62,236 bases of DNA from Candidatus Omnitrophota bacterium (GCA_043808175.1 JAZDFE010000010.1:1-62236), one strand, 5' to 3'. Positions 48,291-57,942 are shown, counted from the stretch's first letter. Program-made: numbers and translations. The notes: a model not told the origin generated them from the sequence alone.

Positions 48291-48983
48291 TCAGGGCCTT
48301 CCGAAGAAATGGTAGAAGCCGGAAAGCCGGAGGCCGAAAACAAGATCGGAACCCGAAGAGGCAGAAATCTTGATGCGCCGCAAAAGATAGGGATTCCCCA
48401 AAAATTTACGGTCATGCACATGGCTCGCGGCACAACCATACGTGTACCCAGCGCTACGGGCCATTTCAACGATCCTTTCGTTAAAGGAACCGCACGGATA
48501 AGAGATTGCCCTTATTTCACGGCCGAGTTTTTCCCCTAGGATCTTTCTGGAAACAACCAGGGAAGTCAGGGCCTCCTTTTCGGGCATTTCGGAAAGCAGT
48601 TTGTGCTCGAGCGTGTGGCTTCCAATCTCGATCCCGGGTACCGCGGCCATTTCACGAAGCATGTCCCAGGTCATGAAGCCTTCCTTGCCCACATCCCCTA
48701 CTGTCACAAAAAAAGTGGCCGCAAACCCCCATTCCATGAGAATTGGAAAGGCCTGCTGGTAATTGTCCAGATAGCCATCATCGAATGTGATCGCGGTCTT
48801 GCGTTCCCAGAAACTTTCTTTCCACTCCTCTTTCACACACGCCTCAAGCCCGATCACCTGGCATCGATTGCGCTTGATCCAACGCATCTGCTTCCTGAAA
48901 AGCCTGGGACTGATCGCAAGCTTATTCGGAAATCGCTGGGGATCGAGGCTATGATAAGCAAGAATCGGAATGAATTTCTTCAT
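48291..48983 (-). CDS. Polysaccharide deacetylase (NodB homology, CE4)
   Basis: 230 aa. Contains AITFDDGYLDNY, ATFFV and IEIGSHTLEH. Confidence 0.85.
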   Translation of the reverse strand: MKKFIPILAYHSLDPQRFPNKLAISPRLFRKQMRWIKRNRCQVIGLEACVKEEWKESFWERKTAITFDDGYLDNYQQAFPILMEWGFAATFFVTVGDVGKEGFMTWDMLREMAAVPGIEIGSHTLEHKLLSEMPEKEALTSLVVSRKILGEKLGREIRAISYPCGSFNERIVEMARSAGYTYGCAASHVHDRKFLGNPYLLRRIKISASSGSDLVFGLRLSGFYHFFGRP

Positions 48984-50097
48984 ACCTTTTCCGCCAGAAT
49001 ATTTTTGTAGACCTTCTGGATACGTTCGTACATCTTAGAGGAAGTGTATTCCAGCGCCTCTTGGCGGGCTGCTTTCCCCATTTGGGAACGTAACGGCGCG
49101 TCCTTCACGTAGCGAAGAAAACAGGACGCGAGTTCAGAGATATTTTCCCTTTCGAAGAGCAGGCCATATTTCCCATGCCCCAAAAGATCCACAATGCCGC
49201 CGGAGATCGATCCCACCACGGCCAATCCCACTGCCATGGCCTCCAGCACGGCAAGTCCGAAGGCCTCCGGCCAGAGATACGGCGCCGCAAAAATATCCCC
49301 GGCGCGTAACGGCTTTTCGATCGCGGGTTCATTCCCGAGAAAAAGCACGTCTCTCTCGAGGTTCAATTCCCTCACGCGATCCTTCAGTCTTTGTGTGTAA
49401 ACCGGATCTCCCGAACCCGACACGAGCAATTTTAATTCCGGGGCTTCTTTGTGGGCCACTGCGAAAGCCTCGACCAGGATATGGACACCTTTGACGGAGA
49501 TCAATCGGGAAAGTGACAGGATGACCAGGTCCTCGTTCCGGTATCCATAATTTTTCCGGATCTTGCCACGATCGATGCCGTCGAATTTTACGCACAACTT
49601 CTCCACATCGATCCCGTTCGTCACGACGGTAATGGGAGGCAATTCCCTTTCCTTAAAGATCGTCCTTAAACCCTCCTCCATAACTTTGGAAATAGCGATG
49701 ATCGTTTTTCCCCAGCACGGAAAAGACGGCGTCCCAAACGGCGTTTGTAGAACATATGCGCTGTTGAAACATAGGGGATCCTGACAAAAAAAGTCGCTCC
49801 CGCGGCAAGCACCTGAGTCGTACGGGTGTGCGTGTGGATGATATCGATGAACCGGGTCTTCAGGATATGAACAAGTTTGGGTAACGCGAGCCAAAGCCTC
49901 GGAGAAAGTTCGCTTTTACAACACGGTACATCTCCCAATACCGTGCTCCCCTCGTCCCTCAGATCCTCGGAACAGGTTCCGTGGGCGCCCCAGATGAAGA
50001 CCTCATGCCCGGCCTTGACCTGCTCCCTGGCCAAGGTCCGGATATAAGTGGTAATGCCGCCGGTATTCAAATGGTTCGTAAGATGCAGGATCTTCAA
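48980..50097 (-). pseudogene. GT4 (GT-B) glycosyltransferase split by a frameshift
   Basis: The N-terminal half is ORF 49666-50097 (MKILHLTNHLNTGGITTYIRTLAREQVKAGHEV...STAHMF). The C-terminal half is ORF 48980-49894, in the -1 frame (...CWGKTIIAISKVM...EAFGLAVLEAMAVGLAVVGS...). The frame switch must lie between about 49714 and 49756. Confidence 0.6.
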
Positions 50098-50137
50098 ACT
50101 TCCCTCTCAACATGGTTCTGCGCGACAGGGCATTATA

Positions 50138-50220
50138 ATCCCAATTCTTATCAATTTCAGAAAATCTGAAATTGGGGCAATCCTGACTACCATTGATAAT
50201 AAAAAGCAAAAGTCAGGATA
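50138..50220 (+). repeat. REPIN/MITE-like double-hairpin unit, left partner of an inverted pair
   Basis: Core is ATCCCAATTCTTATCAATTTCAGAAAATCTGAAATTGGGGC. Hairpin 2 is AATCCTGACT...AGTCAGGAT. Confidence 0.8.
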
Positions 50221-50232
50221 GCCCAAAAACTT

Positions 50233-50262
50233 AAAAAAAAAAAGGGCTCTTCTTGGAGCCCC
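50233..50262 (-). terminator. Rho-independent terminator of the lipoprotein gene
   Basis: On the minus strand, GGGCTC-CAAGAA-GAGCCC is followed by eleven T residues (A-run at 50233-50243 on the plus strand). Confidence 0.7.
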
Positions 50263-50399
50263 CTTCCTAAAAACAACGGATCGACATTAAAACTGGGACG
50301 CACAATTCGGACAACGGACCGCCTTGATCGCGATCGGGGAGCAACAGAACGGACATTCCCCCACCATGAAAGTCACAATCTTTAATTCTTTTCCTTATT

Positions 50400-50783
50400 T
50401 TATGATTGGGGAGTTTCAATCTGGATCTTGGCGAAATCCCCGCCTTTTTCCTGGAAAGCCTGCGCATAGATCCGGTACCGCTCGAAAAGAGCCTCTCCCT
50501 CGCGTCCGATCCCCACGATACGACGCGTCATGGACTTATTATCGAAAACCTTATCCATGGGCATTCGTTGTATCTCCTGTTGGATCTTCCGAATCTCGGC
50601 CTTTTTTGCACGAATCGCCGCCGCGTAGGCGGACGCGCGGGACTCCAGTTCTGTGAGGGACATCGCCACAACTTCTTTCCGGATCTTTTCGACCGGCCTT
50701 TTCGGATCCGCTTTCTTCGCACAGCCCATGAAAGGAATAAGTATCAGGACTAAAAAATATACGGGGATAAATCGAAATTTCAT
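50400..50783 (-). CDS. Small putative lipoprotein, function unknown
   Basis: Track ORF runs to 50867. The ATG at 50783 gives MKFRFIPVYFLVLILIPFMGCAKK, a signal peptide with a lipobox-like FMGC. The remainder is helical and K/E/R-rich. Confidence 0.55.
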   Translation of the reverse strand: MKFRFIPVYFLVLILIPFMGCAKKADPKRPVEKIRKEVVAMSLTELESRASAYAAAIRAKKAEIRKIQQEIQRMPMDKVFDNKSMTRRIVGIGREGEALFERYRIYAQAFQEKGGDFAKIQIETPQS

Positions 50784-50866
50784 AAGATCGCCTCCTTGAG
50801 TTGATAAACGGGCGCTTTTTTCAGAAACCGCGCCGACACCATGTTTGTCTATTTTGAGAACAATCA

Positions 50867-50948
50867 TCCCCCAGTGACACCCATTCGAACCATCGCTGAA
50901 ATGGACACAACGATCATCATAACCCCGCTGATGTAAGTATCCGTCTAT
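50867..50948 (+). repeat. 82-bp direct repeat, copy 1 (truncated copy of the 5' end of ORF 53833-54036)
   Basis: TCCCCCAGTGACACC...CCGTCTAT aligns without gaps to 53826-53907, with about 67 of 82 positions identical by my count. It reads VTPIRTIAEMDTTIIITPLM then stop. Confidence 0.75.
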
Positions 50949-51027
50949 CCTGACTTTTGTTCTTTTTGATAAATGGCAGTCAGGATTGCCCCAATCTCCG
51001 CTTGCCTCAATTGATAAGAATTGGGAC
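50947..51027 (-). repeat. REPIN/MITE-like double-hairpin unit, right partner of the inverted pair
   Basis: The reverse complement is GTCCCAATTCTTATCAATTGAGGCAAGCGGAGATTGGGGCAATCCTGACT...AGTCAGGAT. The outer 18 nt (TCCCAATTCTTATCAATT) and the GGGGCAATCCTGACT segment are identical to unit 50138-50220. Confidence 0.8.
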
Positions 51028-51176
51028 TATTAGTCTTACATCTTAAGTATTCGTTGGAACAAAAAAATTCGAAGTGATTTCAAGGTATTTAAATTCATGC
51101 GAAAACAAATAGCTCCCAAAGAACTCCTCATCTTCGCTGGCAGGAACATAGGGGTTCAGAGGCGAAGCTTTTGTAT

Positions 51177-51941
51177 TCATACAACGGGCGCCTTCCTGCG
51201 GGCAAAGAGCCTGTAAAAAGATAAAATGATTACTTTCCAAAAAGCCTCAATGGCTATCTCGGACGACATCTTAGACTTTCCATCCATCCTTCCTTTAAAT
51301 ATTATGGGGTGTTCTTTGATTTTAAAACCTTTCAAGAAGGAAAAAAATGTGACTTCAATTTGAAAAGAGTAACCCTTTGAACTTAAGGAATCAAAATTAA
51401 AACTTTCTAGTACATCTCTTCTTATACACTTAAAACCACTGGTTAAATCGTTGATTGGGATCTGAAGCAAGGTCTTCGCATAAATATTCCCAAGCCTGCT
51501 CATTAAGAACCTTCCCAGCCTCCAGCTAAGAGCGCCCCCATTTTCAACATACCTGCTTCCGATCACGAGATCATATTGACTGAGCAAATCAATCATTTCT
51601 GAAATGGAATCGGGAGAATGAGACAAGTCCCCGTCCATTTGAATGATAACGTCATATCCTTTTTCTAAAGCAAATTGAAACCCATTTTTTAAGGCACTCG
51701 CCAACCCAGACTTTCTCTCCCTATCAATCAAGTACAGTTTGGGATAATGGGCTTGCAGCTTTTTAATAACTCCGGATGTTCCGTCGAGGGAGTTGTCGTC
51801 AAGTATAAGAACGGATGGATCTATGGGAAGGGAATAAATTTTACCGATGAGATTTTCGATGTTTACTGCTTCATTGTAAGTCGGGATTACGATTAGAACG
51901 TTTTCTTTCGCAACTTTTTTATTCATTTTTATTCGCTCCAA
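51177..51941 (-). CDS. GT2 glycosyltransferase (polyprenyl-phosphate sugar synthase-like)
   Basis: 254 aa. Contains VLIVIPTYNEAVNIENL, ILDDNSLDGT, QMDGDLSH and a C-terminal hydrophobic tail. Confidence 0.85.
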   Translation of the reverse strand: MERIKMNKKVAKENVLIVIPTYNEAVNIENLIGKIYSLPIDPSVLILDDNSLDGTSGVIKKLQAHYPKLYLIDRERKSGLASALKNGFQFALEKGYDVIIQMDGDLSHSPDSISEMIDLLSQYDLVIGSRYVENGGALSWRLGRFLMSRLGNIYAKTLLQIPINDLTSGFKCIRRDVLESFNFDSLSSKGYSFQIEVTFFSFLKGFKIKEHPIIFKGRMDGKSKMSSEIAIEAFWKVIILSFYRLFARRKAPVV

Positions 51942-51949
51942 AAAACTAT

Positions 51950-53365
51950 TTAGACATTATTCTTCTCTGCGCAGAAAAACCACTTTATCCCTACCCCAAT
52001 ATAACGCGCCAGTTCATTGATGGATTTTATTTTCAAAATCCTTCTGACCATGTAAGACGGCCTGAAGTAAAAGGACCTGTAAAAACGACTTGTCAATTCG
52101 TCCACTTCCTTCTCAGATAATGCCGTCCATGGGGTTGGCAACCGTTTAAATCTTTCTTCATCCAGCACATATTCTCTCCAAAAATCAATGCCGTATTTTT
52201 TTATTAAAGTCTCATGGAGTACCGTACCCGGCTTAGCGATGGTCTTACAGACCTGGATAAAATCCAACCTGATTTTTTTAGCAAAGCTTATGGAGGCCAA
52301 AACATCGTCCTCTGTATCATGAGGATTACCCACCATAAAAAAACCGAGCGTAGTTATCCCGTACTTTCGGGTCATTTTTATGGCTCGCTCGGTCTGCCCG
52401 CTGTCAATGCCCTTGTTGATACCCTCCAGCACCTTGGAGGAAATAGACTCTATCCCATAATAGATCTTTCGGCAACCTGCTTGCGCCGCTTTCCTCAAAA
52501 TCTCCTCATCCACAACATCCACCCTGGATCTGCAGGACCATTCCACCTGGATGCCACGCCTTAAGATCTCATCGCATATCTTTAAAGATCTTGTCTTATT
52601 GATAAAAAAAGTGGCATCAAAAAAATCTATTTCTCGGACACCGTACCTCCGGCAGCACTCCTCTATTTCGTCCACGACATTCACGGCAGATCTTTCGCGG
52701 TATGCGAGGGGCGCTATGGCGCAAAAAGAACATTTAGAAGGGCATCCCGTACTCGTGAGCATCACCGTGTAATTCTTCAACTGCGATGTAAAAGAGGCAT
52801 AGAGGTGATTGGGAAGAAGATGCCGCACCGGAAAAGGATACTCGTCAAGGCTCAAAAGCTCCGGAGAGGGCGGATTCAAAATCGTCCCACCAGCCTGTTT
52901 GAACACGAGTCCCTTAATATCATGGATTGCCTCGCCTCTCTCCAAAGCTGAGAGAAGCTGTGGCAGAGCCTTATTTGCTTCGCCGACTATTCCGTAATCA
53001 AAGCAGGAGTAAGAAAGCGATTCTTTAGGATACAGGGTGACGTTAATGCCCCCTACGACTATTTTAACCCCTAAGGCTGCTTTCAAATAACTCGCCCATT
53101 CCACCCCTCTGTGAAACCAATAGGTGTCCAATCTGAAACCCACCATGTCAGGCGAAAAATCTTTTAAAATTGCTAAAGTTTCCTCTTTCGTGAGCTTCAG
53201 TGCATTGGCATCGACAAGAATCACTTGATGCCCCGCCTTCTCCAGGATCGCGGCAACATAGGCTAAAACTATGGGAGGCGCGAGACAGAATTCTTCATCA
53301 ACAACTTTGAGATTTTCAGAAAAGCTCCTGTGCCCAAACGGACAGTGGACTAAAGCGACCTTCAT
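51950..53365 (-). CDS. B12-binding-domain radical SAM protein
   Basis: 471 aa. The N-terminus is a cobalamin-binding-like Rossmann segment. CPSKCSFC is the CxxxCxxC cluster motif. Also contains YYGIES. Confidence 0.85.
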   Translation of the reverse strand: MKVALVHCPFGHRSFSENLKVVDEEFCLAPPIVLAYVAAILEKAGHQVILVDANALKLTKEETLAILKDFSPDMVGFRLDTYWFHRGVEWASYLKAALGVKIVVGGINVTLYPKESLSYSCFDYGIVGEANKALPQLLSALERGEAIHDIKGLVFKQAGGTILNPPSPELLSLDEYPFPVRHLLPNHLYASFTSQLKNYTVMLTSTGCPSKCSFCAIAPLAYRERSAVNVVDEIEECCRRYGVREIDFFDATFFINKTRSLKICDEILRRGIQVEWSCRSRVDVVDEEILRKAAQAGCRKIYYGIESISSKVLEGINKGIDSGQTERAIKMTRKYGITTLGFFMVGNPHDTEDDVLASISFAKKIRLDFIQVCKTIAKPGTVLHETLIKKYGIDFWREYVLDEERFKRLPTPWTALSEKEVDELTSRFYRSFYFRPSYMVRRILKIKSINELARYIGVGIKWFFCAEKNNV

Positions 53366-53378
53366 TTTCCAACCTTAT

Positions 53379-53763
53379 CTAAACGATTATTTGAATCGAC
53401 CCGCATTCTGAATATCTCCTCTGCCATGCCTTGTAACCACGTTCGCTGAGATGGAAGTCATCACATAAAAAATCCCGGGTTAAATCCGTAACACGCCGTA
53501 TCGACGAGCAAAACATCCTTCTGTCGCCCAATGCTTAAAGTGGCATCAAGATAAGTGGTATCTTTGTGTTCTGCTAGGAAAAAAACGAAGACGAGATGGG
53601 ATATTTTTTTGTGGAGATTAATTTTAGCTTCTCTTATTGGGTTATTTTCAAAATGCTTCCTATAGTTCCAAATTTTAGGACCATAAGAAAATTCAACTCT
53701 AACACCCCGCTTTATTTCTACAAAAGCACCATACCAACAATCATGACAATTCGGTGAAGTCAA
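53379..53763 (-). pseudogene. Degenerate SGNH/GDSL-hydrolase-like gene with a frameshift at a homopolymer
   Basis: ORF 53461-53763 ends ...VLLVDTACYGFNPGFFM, then stop. The next frame continues as LCDDFHLSERGYKAWQRRYSECGSIQIIV then stop (to 53379), which carries the block-V DxxH motif. The switch is at the A6 run 53467-53472. No N-terminal GDS block seen. Confidence 0.4.
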
Positions 53764-53825
53764 TCTCCTTGAAACAGCTCTTCAAGGCCTTCTTCTGACC
53801 AGTGGGCAGTTCGGGCGATTAAGCG

Positions 53826-53907
53826 TCCCCCAGTGACACCAATTCGAACCGTCGCTGAGATGGACGCGAGAATAATAATACCTCCGCTACTGCAAGTACC
53901 CGTCTAT
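53826..53907 (+). repeat. 82-bp direct repeat, copy 2
   Basis: See 50867-50948. This copy continues into an intact reading frame. Confidence 0.75.
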
Positions 53908-54036
53908 AGGAAGATAGCCCAAAAGGTTGCGGAGTTACGACATCTTAACATGACCTATGCCGCCATTGCAAAAAGTTTAAGCGTCTCTAAGCAGCTGGCA
54001 ATCATAGCGTTCCATTACTACCAGGATCAGCATTAA
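53833..54036 (+). CDS. Small HTH protein or C-terminal remnant of a recombinase/transposase-type DNA-binding domain
   Basis: 67 aa from a GTG start. YRKIAQKVAELRHLNMTYAAIAKSLSVSKQLAII resembles a resolvase/invertase-type C-terminal HTH. The frame is open upstream to 53773 but has no ATG. Confidence 0.4.
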   Translation: MTPIRTVAEMDARIIIPPLLQVPVYRKIAQKVAELRHLNMTYAAIAKSLSVSKQLAIIAFHYYQDQH

Positions 54037-54297
54037 GGGTAATTACCCTTGAAAACATGCAACGGCGTACACGGCTGACATTGAGCCGTGACACCGTAGT
54101 AATTGCTCAGAGGGGGCAACTGTCTTTTTTGTCCCCTTTTTGAGGGCCATGATTTTCATAATTTTATATAAATAAACGGGATATAAAATGTCCATCCTTG
54201 AAAATCGGATATTTGGATCGCTTATAAAAGCTCCCCCATGCCTTGACTGTAAAACGGAACCGGTGTGGGATGTTTTTTACCGAACGGGGCGAACAAC

Positions 54298-57200
54298 TTA
54301 TTTTTTAATCAAAAAAATATGCGCTGGCATGACCTGAGGATCCAAGCGCACATAACGGGACGACCCTTCCCAGTCATACGTCTCCCCGGTAAGAAGGTCC
54401 TTCGCGCGATAGGTCTCCCCTTCTTTGATTCCTAATTTCCGGAGAGGCAGACTGATCAGGTCCTCATGGATCTGAAAAGGATTCAGGTTCACCACGACCA
54501 CGATCTGGTTCGAATTGTCGGCCGTTCTTTTCCCGTAACAGAGGATTGAATCGTTCCTGGAGTCGTAAAATTCGAGATTCTTGTATTCCTGAAGTGCCGG
54601 GTTTTCCGACCGAATCCGGTTGATCTTTGAAATAAGGTCTTTGATGTTGCCGGGCCGGTCCCAGTCCCACACCTTGTGCTGGTATTTCTCGGAATCGAGG
54701 TACTCCTCGGAACCGGGCTCCTTGGCCGCGACCTCGCAAAGCTCGAAACCGTTATAGATGCCGTAGGAGGAAGAAAGGGTCGCGGCAAGGATGAGACGGA
54801 TCATGAATGCCGGCCGTCCCCCTTTTTGAAGGAATTCGTGAAGGATGTCCGGAGTATTCGCGAATAAATTGCCCCGGTAATAATCCTTTATGCCGGTTTG
54901 CGTAAGCTCCTCAAGGTACTGCCGCAATTCCCACTTGGTGTTCCTCCACGTGAAATAGGTGTAGGATTGCGTGAAACCGGCCTTCGCTAGAAACTTCATG
55001 ACTTTCGGACGCGTGAAGGCTTCCGCAAAAAAAATCGCGTCAGGATGGTCCTTTTGAACTTCATCGATCAACCATTTCCAGAACACCAGAGGTTTGGTAT
55101 GGGGATTATCCATGCGGAAGATCTTGACCCCCTGGTCGATCCAGAACAGGACGATGCTTTTTAATTCGTCCCAGAGCTCCTGCCACTGGTCACAATAAAA
55201 ATTAAGAGGGTAGATGTCCTCATACTTCTTGGGGGGGTTCTCCGCATAATGGATCGTTCCGTCCGGCCGGTGCGAGAACCATTCGGGATGTTCTTTGACG
55301 TAGGGATGATCCGGAGAACACTGGAATGCCACGTCGAGGGCAATCTCGATCCCGTGATTTTCCACCGCCTGGCGGAAGGCCCTGAAATCCTTCAGGGTCC
55401 CGAGCTCCGGGTGGACCGCTTTGTGACCTCCGGCGACGCTTCCAATCGCCCAGGGCGAACCCGGAGAATTTTCATTCGTGACAAGACTGTTGTTCGGTCC
55501 TTTGCGCTTCGTGGTGCCGATCGGATGGATGGGCGTCAGATAAAGGACATCAAAACCCATGTGCTTGATCTCCGGAAGCCTCTGGATGCAATCCCTGAAT
55601 GTTGCGCTCCGGTTCTGCTTTTTCCCCTGCGACCTTGGGAATATTTCATACCAGGCGCCGTATTCGGCCCGTTTGCGGTCCGCCACAAGCTCAAAAGGCC
55701 TTTCGAGTCGTGTCACGAGCCGTTTCACAGGATGCCGGAAAAAAAGCTCCCTGACCTGCGGCTCCCGGATCAGGTCGCCGACTTTATTGCTGATGCCGTT
55801 CGAAAGTTTAAGGGCCAAGATGAAACGGTCGATCTTTTTTCTCTCTTCCCCTCTGACCCCGGACCGGGCCCTTTTGAAAATCTCAAGGCCCTCCAGGACG
55901 TCACTCAGAATGGAGGGATACCGGGAACATTTCTTTTCAGTGTCGCCGAGCCAGCTTGCCACGACGTCGACCCAGGCTTCGATCGTGTAAAGGTAACGGG
56001 TATTTTCTTCGGGGACAAAAGCCCCCCACCACCGGTCGTTCTCGAGAAAGACCATGGGCGCTTCTTTCCATGACACCTCTTCTTTCTTCTTATACAGGAC
56101 CGCCGCACCGAGCACCTCGTGCTCGTCTTTGAAAATATCCGCTTCGACCCGGAAATCGTCCCCCACAATGCATTTCACCGGGAATTTTCTTTCCTCGATC
56201 GAAGGCCGGACATTTTCGATGATAAGCCCTGCGGTCAGTCCCTGCCGCAAAGACCCCGTTTCCTCTTCCAAGGAAGCAGGCCCTGTAAAAAAAGCAGCTT
56301 GTGCTTTTTGCGGCTGCGCCTGAGCGCGAAGAAGCGACGCGTAAAGGGCATATGTTTTTTGGGCGACGGATCTCCAGCTAAAAATATCAGCGGCCCGGTT
56401 TCTACCGGCCTTGCCCATTTTTTTTCTTAAACTCGCATTCCCCATCAAAAGATTTATTTTTTCGGCCAAGTCTTTGGAGAATTTTTCCGGGTGAATAGGT
56501 TCAAAAGGCGCCGTTTCGTTTTGCTCAAGCGGCACCAAAAGACCGGTCTCTCCGTCGACAACGACTTCCGGGATCCCTCCGACAGCGCTCGCGACCACCG
56601 GGGTCTCGCAGGCCATCGCTTCGAGATTGATGATCCCAAAAGGTTCATAGATCGAAGGGCAGCAAAAAAGCTCGGCATGTGAATAAAAAGCGACCTTGGT
56701 CGGGACATCCAGCATCTCCGGGATCCAGATCACTCCCTCGCGGTCCCGCTGAGCTTTTTCAACGGAGGCCTTCATTTCCGTTTCTATTTCCTTCGTGTCA
56801 GGAGCCCCGGCACACAACACGACCTGAAAACCACGATCCATGTGCCGGATGGCGTTCATAAGATGGATGATCCCTTTTTGTTTCGTGAGCCGTCCGACAA
56901 AAAGAAGAAAAGGTTTTTTGGGATCCACACCGAACTGTTCGAGCTTTTCGGGGGCCCGAACCAGCCGGTACTCCTCCGGATCGATCCCGTTGTGAATGAT
57001 GTGCACTTTCTTTTCGTCGACGTTAAACAATTTGACCACGTCCTTTTGGGTTCCCCGAGAGACCGCCACAACGGCATCCGCCATTTCGATCGCGGTCTTT
57101 TCGACCCAGCAGCTGAAACGATACCCGTCGCCAAGTTGTTCCTGTTTCCACGGACGGAGCGGTTCCAGGGAATGGACCGTCAGGACCAAGGGGATTGAAT

Positions 57201-57525
57201 AATGAAGTTTCGCAAAGATGCCCCCCAAATGGGTGTACCAGGTGTGCGCATGCACAACATCGGCATCAACGGGAGTCCCGTTGAAATCAAGGCACCGCTG
57301 AATGGCCTCGAAGGACCTTTGGAGAGGTTTGGGGGCTTCCCAATTTTTATGTTCCGGGCCGAATCCGGTCACGGAAAGCGGACCGTCCGAATATTTTTGG
57401 TCGCCAAAACAGCGGACGTCTACTTCGCAAATCCTGGCGAGTTCACGGCTTAAATAATCGACATGAACACCGGCACCGCCGTAAATGTTCGGCGGATATT
57501 CGTTAGTCAAAAGCAGAACTTTCAT
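54298..57525 (-). CDS. Fusion protein: GlgM-like alpha-maltose-1-phosphate synthase (GT4) plus GlgE maltosyltransferase (GH13_3)
   Basis: ATG at 57525 is preceded by GGAAAGG (the track starts 2 codons earlier at a GTG). The N-terminal roughly 395 aa contain [50 protein letters not shown] and [29 protein letters not shown], matching mycobacterial GlgM. The C-terminal roughly 650 aa contain [76 protein letters not shown] and [11 protein letters not shown], matching GlgE. Confidence 0.9.
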   Translation of the reverse strand: MKVLLLTNEYPPNIYGGAGVHVDYLSRELARICEVDVRCFGDQKYSDGPLSVTGFGPEHKNWEAPKPLQRSFEAIQRCLDFNGTPVDADVVHAHTWYTHLGGIFAKLHYSIPLVLTVHSLEPLRPWKQEQLGDGYRFSCWVEKTAIEMADAVVAVSRGTQKDVVKLFNVDEKKVHIIHNGIDPEEYRLVRAPEKLEQFGVDPKKPFLLFVGRLTKQKGIIHLMNAIRHMDRGFQVVLCAGAPDTKEIETEMKASVEKAQRDREGVIWIPEMLDVPTKVAFYSHAELFCCPSIYEPFGIINLEAMACETPVVASAVGGIPEVVVDGETGLLVPLEQNETAPFEPIHPEKFSKDLAEKINLLMGNASLRKKMGKAGRNRAADIFSWRSVAQKTYALYASLLRAQAQPQKAQAAFFTGPASLEEETGSLRQGLTAGLIIENVRPSIEERKFPVKCIVGDDFRVEADIFKDEHEVLGAAVLYKKKEEVSWKEAPMVFLENDRWWGAFVPEENTRYLYTIEAWVDVVASWLGDTEKKCSRYPSILSDVLEGLEIFKRARSGVRGEERKKIDRFILALKLSNGISNKVGDLIREPQVRELFFRHPVKRLVTRLERPFELVADRKRAEYGAWYEIFPRSQGKKQNRSATFRDCIQRLPEIKHMGFDVLYLTPIHPIGTTKRKGPNNSLVTNENSPGSPWAIGSVAGGHKAVHPELGTLKDFRAFRQAVENHGIEIALDVAFQCSPDHPYVKEHPEWFSHRPDGTIHYAENPPKKYEDIYPLNFYCDQWQELWDELKSIVLFWIDQGVKIFRMDNPHTKPLVFWKWLIDEVQKDHPDAIFFAEAFTRPKVMKFLAKAGFTQSYTYFTWRNTKWELRQYLEELTQTGIKDYYRGNLFANTPDILHEFLQKGGRPAFMIRLILAATLSSSYGIYNGFELCEVAAKEPGSEEYLDSEKYQHKVWDWDRPGNIKDLISKINRIRSENPALQEYKNLEFYDSRNDSILCYGKRTADNSNQIVVVVNLNPFQIHEDLISLPLRKLGIKEGETYRAKDLLTGETYDWEGSSRYVRLDPQVMPAHIFLIKK

Positions 57526-57942
57526 CGTCACCTTTCCATTGAAGAGATACTGGGGGTAAGTTTATCACATCTTATTGAAAAAACTAGGCCGGCAAAAAAC
57601 CGGTAACGGTTCCGTCACAAAACTTCGGCGGGAAAAACGTCCTTAAAGGGATTCGAATTGATGTTGAGATGAGGAAAACCTCTCTAAACCAGAGATAACA
57701 CCCTCCGGAAGTAGCCAAATCAACATAATTGTGGTTTCAGCCACATTTACGGAGTCTTCAAATCTGCCAAGTGCGCCAAAAGGAATCGAAACCAAATCGT
57801 CTCTAATATGCGGTCATTTAGAGATAAATCGCGAATTGTTGGCCGAAAATTGCCTGCCGCTGGTTCGTGGTTTCGAAACCACAGATGTTTCTTTTGTGGC
57901 TGCATTTTTTGATTCGCATAACTCGCGAAAACGTGCGGACAT

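Noticed and set aside
50267-50467. 66-aa minus ORF, or a 29-aa sub-ORF, between the lipoprotein gene and its terminator
   Set aside because: It overlaps the lipoprotein 3' end in another frame and has no motif. The terminator position is explained by the lipoprotein gene alone.
54188-54358. 56-codon plus-strand ORF (MSILENRIFGSLIKAPPCLDCKTEPVWDVFY...) converging into the 3' end of the glgM-glgE gene
   Set aside because: It is short, overlaps the GlgE C-terminus by 60 nt, contains only a single CxxC, and matches no family. It may be a relic of a truncated gene, but this cannot be supported.
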